From the sequence record SRR2962707_575: a stretch of 20,000 bases of DNA, one strand, 5' to 3'. The translations under genes were made by a program, and so were the position numbers. The stretch's first letter is position 1. The number at the start of each line of letters is the position of its first letter. This document shows, one piece after another, positions 9,197-17,013 of this stretch. The notes below the pieces were generated by a model. It made no database searches. It was not told where the DNA came from and worked only from the letters and a program-made list of their open reading frames with translations.

Positions 9197-9281
9197 TATC
9201 ATTCCACCATTTATCTGTCGTGCTTTGAAAATAGAGCCTCGCCACGCATTATCAATGCGTCAAAGGGACTTAGTACGCAAT

Positions 9282-9305
9282 AAAAAGCCCACCTTAAGTG
9301 GGCTT
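9282..9305 (-). terminator. Intrinsic terminator downstream of omp10
   Basis: Inverted repeat AAGCCCAC (9285-9292) / GTGGGCTT (9298-9305) with a 5-nt loop. The A5 run at 9282-9286 gives a U-tract on the minus strand. Confidence 0.8.
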
Positions 9306-9333
9306 CTCAATTAATCTATTCAAAGAATATAGA

Positions 9334-9705
9334 TTAGAATGCGCGAACCAATGAGAATTGTGATCCCGTATCTGCGGTACAGTTCATCGTGCGCGTGTTG
9401 ACCAATAAGCAATTGGCGACAATCGTTTTTTGCTGCACTTCCGAATAAGAAGAGATCTGAATCGTATTGGTGCTGGTGTATTGATAGGTACCTTGAGCAA
9501 CTTTATTGCCCGTATCCACGGCCGTGCCCACAAAACCGCCATTGCTGAACACATAGTCTGCAACTTGGCCTTGTTTCCAGTTACCATCGGCAAATGCCTG
9601 CGACCGCATACCTGGACCAGACATCCGTGGTCCCGTTTCGACACAAGCGCTCAAAAGCGTTGCTGCAAGGCCAACTGCCACTGCAAATTTAAGCTTGTTT
9701 ACCAT
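9334..9705 (-). CDS. omp10: Outer-membrane lipoprotein, Omp10 family
   Basis: Lipobox LSAC. The C-terminal NCLLV...MNCTADTGSQFSLVR resembles Brucella Omp10 as I recall it, and the gene sits next to hemH as in Brucella/Rhizobiaceae. ATG at 9705 is preceded by GAGGG. Confidence 0.8.
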   Translation of the reverse strand: MVNKLKFAVAVGLAATLLSACVETGPRMSGPGMRSQAFADGNWKQGQVADYVFSNGGFVGTAVDTGNKVAQGTYQYTSTNTIQISSYSEVQQKTIVANCLLVNTRTMNCTADTGSQFSLVRAF

Positions 9706-9729
9706 TCTTATGCCCTCTGCCGAATCCAA

Positions 9730-9744
9730 TTAATCGCATTTTAA
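9730..9744. promoter_or_regulatory. Perfect CtrA-type box upstream of omp10
   Basis: TTAA-TCGCATT-TTAA, 25-39 bp upstream of the omp10 ATG, with a GAATC (CcrM GANTC) site at 9722-9726. Confidence 0.6.
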
Positions 9745-9794
9745 GTTAAGTTGATCAAAACCTATAGCAAAAAATGTGTCATAATTACTTAACT

Positions 9795-11621
9795 TCACAT
9801 TTCGGCTGCTTGAACATCGGCATCCATAGCCTCCAGCTCATCAATTATTTGCTCGATAACGCTCAAGCCTTTCTTCCAAAAATCAGGATCAGTTGCATCA
9901 AGGCCAAAGGGTTCGAGCAAAGCAGAATGGTGTTTGCTGCCGCCTGCACGCAGCATATCCATGTATTTTTCCTGAAAGCCTTTTTCAGAACTTTGATAAA
10001 CGGCATAGAGCGAATTCACCAAGCAATCGCCGAATGCGTAGGCATAAACATAGAATGGCGAATGAATAAAATGCGGGATATAAGCCCAAAAGTTCTCGTA
10101 ACCATCGTTGAGGACAACGCTTGGCCCAAGGCTCTCACTTTGCACTTCCATCCAGAACTGTCCAAGTTGTTCGGATGTTAGTTCACCATTACGGCGCTCT
10201 TCATGTACTTTTCGCTCAAACATATAAAAGGCGATTTGGCGCACGACAGTATTGATCATGTCTTCGGCCTTTTGCGCCAACATCGCTTTGCGTTCACGCT
10301 TATCAGAAGCCTTTTCAAGCATAGAGCGGAATGTCAGCATTTCACCAAACACAGAGGCCGTTTCAGCCAAGGTTAAAGGTGTCGATGCCATTAAGGCGCC
10401 CTGATCTGCCGCGAGTACCTGATGCACCCCGTGACCCAGCTCATGGGCAAGCGTCATCACATCGCGCGGTTTACCCATGTAATTGAGCAATACATAGGGA
10501 TGCACAGAAGGCACTGTTGGATGGGCAAACGCGCCCGGCGATTTGCCATCGCGTGTCGGTGCATCAATCCAGTTATTGTCAAAAAACTTAGCCGCAATGT
10601 CAGACATTTCCGGCAAAAAGCCGCGATAAGCACTCAGCACCGTATCTTTAGCCTCATCCCATGAAACCAGCGCATCAGGCGTATCAGGCAAAGGCGCGTT
10701 GCGGTCCCATGCATTCAATTTATCTAAGCCAAGCCAGCGCGCCTTCATCGCATAATAGCGATGGGAGATTTGCGGGAAACGGTCCCGAACTGCTGCTACA
10801 AGAGCATCGACAACTTCCCGTTCAACACGGTTATCAAGGTGCCTGCTGTCAGCAACATCCTGAAATCCGCGCCAGCGATCGGAGATTTCCTTGTCTTTGG
10901 CAAGCGTATTCGTAATCAGGGAAAATGTGCGAATATTCGATTTAAAGGTATCGCAAATTGCATGGAACGCCTTTTCCCGCTTTTCGGTATCGCTATCCTG
11001 CAAATGATTAAACGCGCGCTCCAGCGGTAATTTTTTGCCATCAATATCAAAACGCAGACCATTGGTCGTCTCATCAAACAGACGATTAAACGCGCCGCGT
11101 CCTGTCAAAGATTTTTCATGGAACAATTGCTCAATACGATCTTCAAGCTGATAGGGTTTGTCTTGGCGCAAATCTTCCAGCCAAGGACGATAATGAGCTG
11201 CCAACGGATCTTTGCTGAACGCAAGCGCCAATTGCTCTTCCTCAAGTGCATTGAGCTCAAGCGCAAAGAACAAGAGCCGCGAACTGGCATCGGTCAGCTT
11301 TGCTTGGGTGTCGCTATAAAACTTCGTAATGGCTGGATTGGCGGTGTCGCCTGCATAGAGCAAACCGGCATATGACCCAATTCGGCCCATCAATTCTTGC
11401 AAATCTTCAAATTCTTTGACCGCCTGCCCCAACGTGGCCTTTTCTACAGCGCCAGCCAATTTTCCCTTCCACTTATTTTCAAAAGTAGCGCTTTCGTCTT
11501 TAGCCTTGGAAAGGTCATCGCTCAGCTCCGCGCAGTCCATTGATTCATAAAGATCTTCCAATCGCCATTGCGGCAATGAGGCATCGTCAAAGCTATCTGC
11601 CCCTCCCCTTGCCACGTTCAT
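9795..11621 (-). CDS. pepF: M3B-family oligoendopeptidase F
   Basis: N-terminal LPQWRLEDLY; WIDAP..GKSPGAF; zinc motif TLAHELGHGVH; LAETASVFGE; WAYIPHFIHSPFYVYAYAFG. Start is uncertain (11621, 11648 or 11669). Confidence 0.93.
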   Translation of the reverse strand: MNVARGGADSFDDASLPQWRLEDLYESMDCAELSDDLSKAKDESATFENKWKGKLAGAVEKATLGQAVKEFEDLQELMGRIGSYAGLLYAGDTANPAITKFYSDTQAKLTDASSRLLFFALELNALEEEQLALAFSKDPLAAHYRPWLEDLRQDKPYQLEDRIEQLFHEKSLTGRGAFNRLFDETTNGLRFDIDGKKLPLERAFNHLQDSDTEKREKAFHAICDTFKSNIRTFSLITNTLAKDKEISDRWRGFQDVADSRHLDNRVEREVVDALVAAVRDRFPQISHRYYAMKARWLGLDKLNAWDRNAPLPDTPDALVSWDEAKDTVLSAYRGFLPEMSDIAAKFFDNNWIDAPTRDGKSPGAFAHPTVPSVHPYVLLNYMGKPRDVMTLAHELGHGVHQVLAADQGALMASTPLTLAETASVFGEMLTFRSMLEKASDKRERKAMLAQKAEDMINTVVRQIAFYMFERKVHEERRNGELTSEQLGQFWMEVQSESLGPSVVLNDGYENFWAYIPHFIHSPFYVYAYAFGDCLVNSLYAVYQSSEKGFQEKYMDMLRAGGSKHHSALLEPFGLDATDPDFWKKGLSVIEQIIDELEAMDADVQAAEM

Positions 11622-11780
11622 TTGAATTCTTTCGTTAAGTCCAGTCATCGACGATAATATATTGCGCATTGTGTATTGGGTTCTTTGCTGTCGAGTTTGG
11701 GAAATAGCTGCAATTTTAACGGTTTAATTAGGCGAGCCTTCAGACGACTATGTCAGATTGGGTCGAAATCTAACACTCTT

Positions 11781-11795
11781 TCAATCTCAGTTTAA
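11781..11795. promoter_or_regulatory. Near-consensus CtrA-type box upstream of the TacA-like gene
   Basis: TCAA-TCTCAGT-TTAA (one mismatch), 25-39 bp upstream of ATG 11820. Confidence 0.4.
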
Positions 11796-11819
11796 GGGTT
11801 CAATTTGTCAGTGCAAGCC

Positions 11820-13337
11820 ATGAAATCAACCATTTTAATTGTCGAAGACGATCCTGTGCAACGCCGCCTCCTCGAAGCGACTGTAGAGCGATTGGGCTAT
11901 GATTCACAATGCTGTGTCAACGGTCATGAAGCTGTTGAAGCGCTCAAAGGTCTAAACGAGAGCCGCATCGCTGCGATGGTCCTTGATCTGCAAATGCCAG
12001 AGCTAGACGGCCACGGCGTTCTCAAATATCTAGAAGAGCAAGATATTGATCTTCCCACAATCGTACAAACCGCCCATGGCAGCCTTGATGTCGCCATCAA
12101 AGCCATGCGCGCTGGCGCATTTGACTTCGTGGTCAAACCCGTTTCACCAGAACGCTTAAAAGCATCGCTTTCTGACGCGCTTAAAGTAGCGCGTGTAAAA
12201 CAAAGCCCCGCCAGACAAATCCGCGCAAGCAAATTCACTGTTCCAGCACAGCCCAAAATGGTGCTTTCAACGGACACGATGAACCGCACAGCCGAAATGA
12301 TCGACCGTGCGGCCACATCAGACATTCCCGTTCTTATCGAAGGTGAATCTGGCACCGGCAAGGAACTTGTCGCCCAATCCATTCAGGTTAAAAGCAGCCG
12401 TGCGAATAAACCAATGATCACGGTCAATTGTGGCGCTATTCCTGAAAATCTGGTCGAAAGCATTCTTTTCGGCCACGAAAAAGGTGCGTTCACCGGTGCA
12501 ACGGAAAAACATGTCGGCAAATTTGTTGAAGCCGATGGTGGCACCTTGTTTCTCGATGAGATTGGCGACTTGCCACTTAACGCGCAGGTCAAAATTCTGC
12601 GGGCCATACAGCAAGGTGACATTGAGCCAGTTGGTTCCAATAAAAGCCAGAAGGTAAATATTCGTCTTATCTCTGCGACCAACAAAGACCTGATTAAAGC
12701 TGTCCGCGAGGGACGGTTCCGCGAAGATCTGTATTACCGCCTAAACGTCTTCCCAATTTTGATGCCGCCTCTTCGCAACCGCCGCAGTGATATCGCCAAT
12801 TTGGTCGAGCATTTCATTGAAAAATATCGCCGCGAAAACCATTCTTTTGGCGCGAGCCGAATTAGCTTCGCCGCATTGAAATTGCTGGAGCGTTACGACT
12901 GGCCAGGCAACATTAGACAACTCGAAAACGCAGTATTCCGTGCTTTGGTTCTTTGTGACAAAGCTGAGCTTGACGCATGCGACTTCCCGCAAATCTCAGC
13001 GCAGTTAAATAAGATTGAGCCACGCCAATTTAGCGCTTCGGTCAATAAAAATGAGAACTTTAACCGCGTTAAACTCGCGCCCGAATATCCGATTTTTGAC
13101 GCAGATACCGATTTGGACGTGCGCGACGAAAATCAGCTCGATGAATCTGCATATCTTTTAGGACCAGATGGCCATGTACGCCAATTGACCGACCTTGAAG
13201 AGCAATCGATCCGTCATGCAATTGCCCATTATAATGGTCAAATGAGTGAAATTGCTCGCCGTTTAGGCATTGGGCGCTCAACGCTCTACCGCAAGCTGAA
13301 AGACTATAATATTCTGGTTGATGAACTCGCCGGCTAA
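11820..13337 (+). CDS. tacA: Sigma54-dependent response regulator (REC-AAA+-Fis HTH), TacA-like
   Basis: Receiver ILIVEDD...VLDLQMP; Walker A GESGTGKE; ESILFGHEKGAFTGA; Walker B LFLDEIG; FREDLYYRLNV; WPGNIRQLEN; HTH ARRLGIGRSTLYRKL. The tacA identity is inferred from the neighbourhood (pepF, DUF882, gapR) and the C-terminal AG. The family call is near-certain; the ortholog name less so. Confidence 0.8.
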   Translation: MKSTILIVEDDPVQRRLLEATVERLGYDSQCCVNGHEAVEALKGLNESRIAAMVLDLQMPELDGHGVLKYLEEQDIDLPTIVQTAHGSLDVAIKAMRAGAFDFVVKPVSPERLKASLSDALKVARVKQSPARQIRASKFTVPAQPKMVLSTDTMNRTAEMIDRAATSDIPVLIEGESGTGKELVAQSIQVKSSRANKPMITVNCGAIPENLVESILFGHEKGAFTGATEKHVGKFVEADGGTLFLDEIGDLPLNAQVKILRAIQQGDIEPVGSNKSQKVNIRLISATNKDLIKAVREGRFREDLYYRLNVFPILMPPLRNRRSDIANLVEHFIEKYRRENHSFGASRISFAALKLLERYDWPGNIRQLENAVFRALVLCDKAELDACDFPQISAQLNKIEPRQFSASVNKNENFNRVKLAPEYPIFDADTDLDVRDENQLDESAYLLGPDGHVRQLTDLEEQSIRHAIAHYNGQMSEIARRLGIGRSTLYRKLKDYNILVDELAG

Positions 13338-13508
13338 GGCCGGCGGCGCGAAAGCAGCCAGAATTACAACCTAAACATAAAATCGTCATTGTTCGACCGC
13401 ATTTACGCGTAATAATCTGCGTAATGCGGGGGCGAGCTATGTTTCATATGTTTGTTCGTGAAATAATATCACGCACCATTTGCAGAAATCAGCGCCAGCA
13501 AAATAATG

Positions 13509-13527
13509 CTAAGAGCTGGTTAACCAT
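13509..13527. promoter_or_regulatory. CtrA-type box upstream of the DUF882 gene
   Basis: CTAA-GAGCTGG-TTAAC (one mismatch), containing the TTAACCAT half-site at 13520-13527. Confidence 0.55.
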
Positions 13528-13538
13528 GATGTATTAGA

Positions 13539-15317
13539 TTGGATCAATCTGCAAAATATGAGCACATAGAATTGATTGATAAAAACACAAACAAAGTCGC
13601 ATTAACGACCGCCAAATGGAAGCGCGCTTTTAGCCAGCTTCTCATTATTTGTGCGATCAGCTTTATCGCGAGCGCTAGTTTTTCAATCAATGCCCATGCT
13701 GAAACCCGCTCTTTGAAGCTGTATTATATCCACACCAAAGAAAAAATTGATGTCGTCTATAAGAAGGACGGCAAATATGTTGCCAGCGGCCTGCAAAAGC
13801 TGAACCGCTTTTTGCGCGATTTCCGCCGCAACGAGCCCACAAAAATGGACCCTGCGCTGTTCGATATTGTCTGGGAAGTCTACAAAGCAACAGGCTCACG
13901 CGAATATATTCACGTGGTTTCTGGTTACCGCTCACCAGCGACAAACGAATTACTGCGCCGCACGCGCGGTGGTCAGGCCAAAAAAAGCCAGCATATGCTC
14001 GGCAAAGCCATGGATTTTTATATCCCCGGCGTGCCAATCAAAAAGCTGCGCGAACTTGGCTTTCGGATCGGCGGCGGCGGTGTAGGATATTACCCACGTT
14101 CAGCCGTTCCTTTTGTCCATCTAGATACGGGTAGCGTACGCGCTTGGCCACGCATGACCCGTCCAGAGCTTACTAAACTATTTCCAAAAGGTGGCACATT
14201 GCACTTGCCACCAGACGGAAAACCTTTGCCCGGTTACCAACAGGCATTGGCGCAATATAAAGCGCGCAAAAATGGATCTAACAACACAACTGTGCTTGCT
14301 GATAATTCGTCGTCCAAAAGCAAAAAAGGTAATTTCCTAACGGCCATTTTTGGCGGCGGGGATGAAGATGAAGAATCTTTTGCTAACGAGGTCGCCACGA
14401 CTTCGCGGCCAGAAGCGCCTGCACAGCCTGCAACACCAGCACCGCAACAAACTCTCATGGCTTCATTGCCTGTAGATGAGCTGCCTGTTCCGACGGCCGC
14501 ACCACGCCGCACAACAGGCGCAGCCGTGCCCATCGTTGTGAACGCTACGCCTGCTGAAACTATTCCGCAGCCCAGCAATCCTGTCACAACCTTTGCTATG
14601 GCCGATTTACCAACACCGCAATCACGTCCATCTGTCCTGATTGCGCGTGCAGAAGCGCCCGAAAACCGCCGTACAGCGGCTGAGATCGAGCAAGCACTGA
14701 GTGTGAACGAAGGCTCACAGGCTATCGCTGAAGCCATCAATGAACCAATAGAAAATACTGCGCCGACCACCGAGCTTGCTTATGCTTATCCGGTTCCCGA
14801 ACCTGCGCCGCGCCGCGCATCAGATCCAATTGAAACAGTCATCGCCGCTGCACCCGTGGAAATTCCAACGCCGCAATTTGAGAATTCAAAAGGTGTTAAA
14901 TCTGGCCGTGTCGTGAAATCAAACTTTGAACTCGCATCGCTTGACCCTGCCATTGTGACAACACCAAAAGCAGCAAAGCCAACAAGCCGAGACGTCGCAG
15001 AAACGCAAACACCGGCAAAACCACGCATTGTGCCTGCTGATCAGATCGACCAAAGCCGCTTTGGCAATTGGTCTACCGCCAGCGCTTCATTGACAACCGA
15101 TGGACGCGCCAGCGAACGGCCAGACTTCATTCAAAATGCAACCCGTGCAGTCCCTACGGTCGTCTACACCGCTGGATTTTCGACAGCGCCGCCACCTGAA
15201 TCAAACTCATTTTCGGGCAATGCAGTGACATTCCTTGCCGTCGCAAAATTTGATAATGGTTCGGGAAATGGCGGAGCTCAAAAAGGCGAACCGCTGCAAA
15301 TTCAGGTGCCTAACTGA
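13539..15317 (+). CDS. DUF882/YcbK (peptidase M15, MepK-like) exported protein with long Pro/Ala/Thr-rich C-terminal extension
   Basis: Signal peptide ending AHA-ETRSL; LNRFLRD.R, MDPALFD, VSGYRSPATN, SQHMLGKAMDF, GGVGYYP and FVHLDTG (Zn ligands H, D, H present). About 330 aa of low-complexity tail follow. TTG start is uncertain. Confidence 0.88.
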   Translation: MDQSAKYEHIELIDKNTNKVALTTAKWKRAFSQLLIICAISFIASASFSINAHAETRSLKLYYIHTKEKIDVVYKKDGKYVASGLQKLNRFLRDFRRNEPTKMDPALFDIVWEVYKATGSREYIHVVSGYRSPATNELLRRTRGGQAKKSQHMLGKAMDFYIPGVPIKKLRELGFRIGGGGVGYYPRSAVPFVHLDTGSVRAWPRMTRPELTKLFPKGGTLHLPPDGKPLPGYQQALAQYKARKNGSNNTTVLADNSSSKSKKGNFLTAIFGGGDEDEESFANEVATTSRPEAPAQPATPAPQQTLMASLPVDELPVPTAAPRRTTGAAVPIVVNATPAETIPQPSNPVTTFAMADLPTPQSRPSVLIARAEAPENRRTAAEIEQALSVNEGSQAIAEAINEPIENTAPTTELAYAYPVPEPAPRRASDPIETVIAAAPVEIPTPQFENSKGVKSGRVVKSNFELASLDPAIVTTPKAAKPTSRDVAETQTPAKPRIVPADQIDQSRFGNWSTASASLTTDGRASERPDFIQNATRAVPTVVYTAGFSTAPPPESNSFSGNAVTFLAVAKFDNGSGNGGAQKGEPLQIQVPN

Positions 15318-15418
15318 TATTTTCAAAAGCTATAACCAAGTGTAAACCGCGATTTCGACTAAGGTTTCATTTTGGATAAGTTTTGCTATAAACAAGCTCT
15401 CATCGTGGAGAATGTAGT

Positions 15419-16636
15419 ATGGCATTGATTATAGGCAAATTTATCTCCTGCCCAATATCAAGACGCAACATTCCAACTGCGAAGGCGATAATCCGCAAAC
15501 TATTCACTGTCACAATACTTGTCTTTATAACCTCATGCGCAGCGATACCACGCATCAGCTTTGATGCAGTGGACCAGTTAGACGCAAAAATATCAAACTT
15601 TCAAGACATTCGTTATTTTGCTGATGATCCGAATCTGAAAATCCAAACTCTCGATGCTACACATGCGGCCAACAGCAATGGGCCGTTGCGCTACCTGGCC
15701 CTATCGGGCGGCGGCGCTGATGGTGCCTATGGCGCTGGCGTGCTCGTGGGGTGGACTGCGCGCGGTGATCGCCCACAATTTGATGTTGTTACAGGCGTCA
15801 GCGCTGGTGCGCTGATCGCCCCGTTCGCATTTCTTGGAAAAGAATATGACAGCGATTTAGAAGGTGTTTTTACCAGCGGCGTTGCGGCAAGTCTCATCCA
15901 ATTTAAATCACCGCTTAAAGGCATTTTCGGGCAAAGCCTTTCACATAATGACGCGCTTTATGACTTGATTGATGATTATGTTGATAGGCCATTCCTTGAG
16001 GACATCGCCAAAGCATATAAGTCCGGACGTCGATTGCTTGTCGTCACAACGAACCTAGATGCACAGCGCAGTGTGGTTTGGGATATGGGGGCAATCGCCC
16101 TACGACAAGACGACGAAGCGGTGGAATTGTTCCGCAATGTTCTTGTTGCGTCAGCCAGTATTCCGGCCATTTTTCCCGCCGTCCGTATCAATGCAACGGC
16201 AAACGGAAAGCACTTTGAAGAATTGCATGCTGATGGCGGCATTACGCGGCAGGTTTACATCGTGCCCGACTCGGCATTTGTATCCAGTTCTGGCCAACGA
16301 TTGTCCAAGCAACGCAAACGAGAAATCTACGTCATTATAAATAATCAGTTCTCCCCGCATTTTAGAATTGTAAAAGACAAAACCCTTTCAATTGCTGCAC
16401 GCTCCTATGAAACACTCATCAAAGCCAGCACGCAGTCTACGGTCAACGGCGCCTATGACTTGGCACGTCAAAACAAAGTGAGCTTTCACCTTTCATTTAT
16501 TGAAAAGTCTTTTGAGTATAACCAAGCCAATCCGTTCAACACAGAATATATGCGGACGCTATTTGCTTATGGTTTTGAAAAAGGCCACGACAAGGATTGG
16601 TATGACAAACCACCCCTTGGACAAACAATGGAATAA
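15419..16636 (+). CDS. Patatin-like phospholipase, predicted lipoprotein
   Basis: Oxyanion LALSGGGADGAYGAG, nucleophile GVSAG, ASASIPAIFP and catalytic ADGG. Hydrophobic segment ends in ITSC (lipobox-like). GGAG RBS at 15407-15410. Confidence 0.9.
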   Translation: MALIIGKFISCPISRRNIPTAKAIIRKLFTVTILVFITSCAAIPRISFDAVDQLDAKISNFQDIRYFADDPNLKIQTLDATHAANSNGPLRYLALSGGGADGAYGAGVLVGWTARGDRPQFDVVTGVSAGALIAPFAFLGKEYDSDLEGVFTSGVAASLIQFKSPLKGIFGQSLSHNDALYDLIDDYVDRPFLEDIAKAYKSGRRLLVVTTNLDAQRSVVWDMGAIALRQDDEAVELFRNVLVASASIPAIFPAVRINATANGKHFEELHADGGITRQVYIVPDSAFVSSSGQRLSKQRKREIYVIINNQFSPHFRIVKDKTLSIAARSYETLIKASTQSTVNGAYDLARQNKVSFHLSFIEKSFEYNQANPFNTEYMRTLFAYGFEKGHDKDWYDKPPLGQTME

Positions 16637-16644
16637 ACCGCATG

Positions 16645-16668
16645 AAAAAGGCCGCTTAAAGCGGCCTT
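16645..16668 (-). terminator. Intrinsic terminator between convergent patatin and gapR (possibly bidirectional)
   Basis: AAGGCCGCT (16648-16656)-TAA-AGCGGCCTT (16660-16668). The A5 run at 16645-16649 gives a U-tract on the minus strand. Confidence 0.8.
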
Positions 16669-16691
16669 AAATTTTGTCCCGAATATTTAGA

Positions 16692-16967
16692 TTACTCGTT
16701 CTCTGGGCCTTCGTCGGCAGCTGGGGCCATGCCAAGCGCATGGAGATAAAGATCAAGCACAGCTTCATGCTCTAGGCGCTCATTCATGTCTTGCTTGCGC
16801 AGTGCAACGACTTTACGCAGTACTTTAACATCGTAACCATTGCCCTTCGCTTCGCCATACACTTCCTTAATGTCATCGGCGATTGTCTTCTTTTCTTCTT
16901 CTAGGCGCTCAATGCGCTCGACAAAAGCGCGTAGTTGATCGCGCGCAACACCTTGTACGTCTGACAT
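16692..16967 (-). CDS. gapR: GapR-family nucleoid-associated protein (DUF2312/UPF0335)
   Basis: [48 protein letters not shown]...EAVLDLY..ALG. GGAGAA RBS upstream. Confidence 0.92.
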   Translation of the reverse strand: MSDVQGVARDQLRAFVERIERLEEEKKTIADDIKEVYGEAKGNGYDVKVLRKVVALRKQDMNERLEHEAVLDLYLHALGMAPAADEGPENE

Positions 16968-17013
16968 TTAGAATTCTCCACGGTAAGAAATTGAAGGCCA
17001 CATGTGCCGCAGC

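Noticed and set aside
14234..15028. Antisense ORFs of 178 and 80 aa opposite DUF882
   Set aside because: Shadow frames of a Pro/Ala/Thr-rich coding region with no recognisable motif or RBS.
16656..16670. Perfect TTAA-AGCGGCC-TTAA CtrA-type match
   Set aside because: It lies inside a terminator hairpin between two convergent 3' ends with no gene start nearby, so it is probably coincidental. It also shows that such matches occur by chance.
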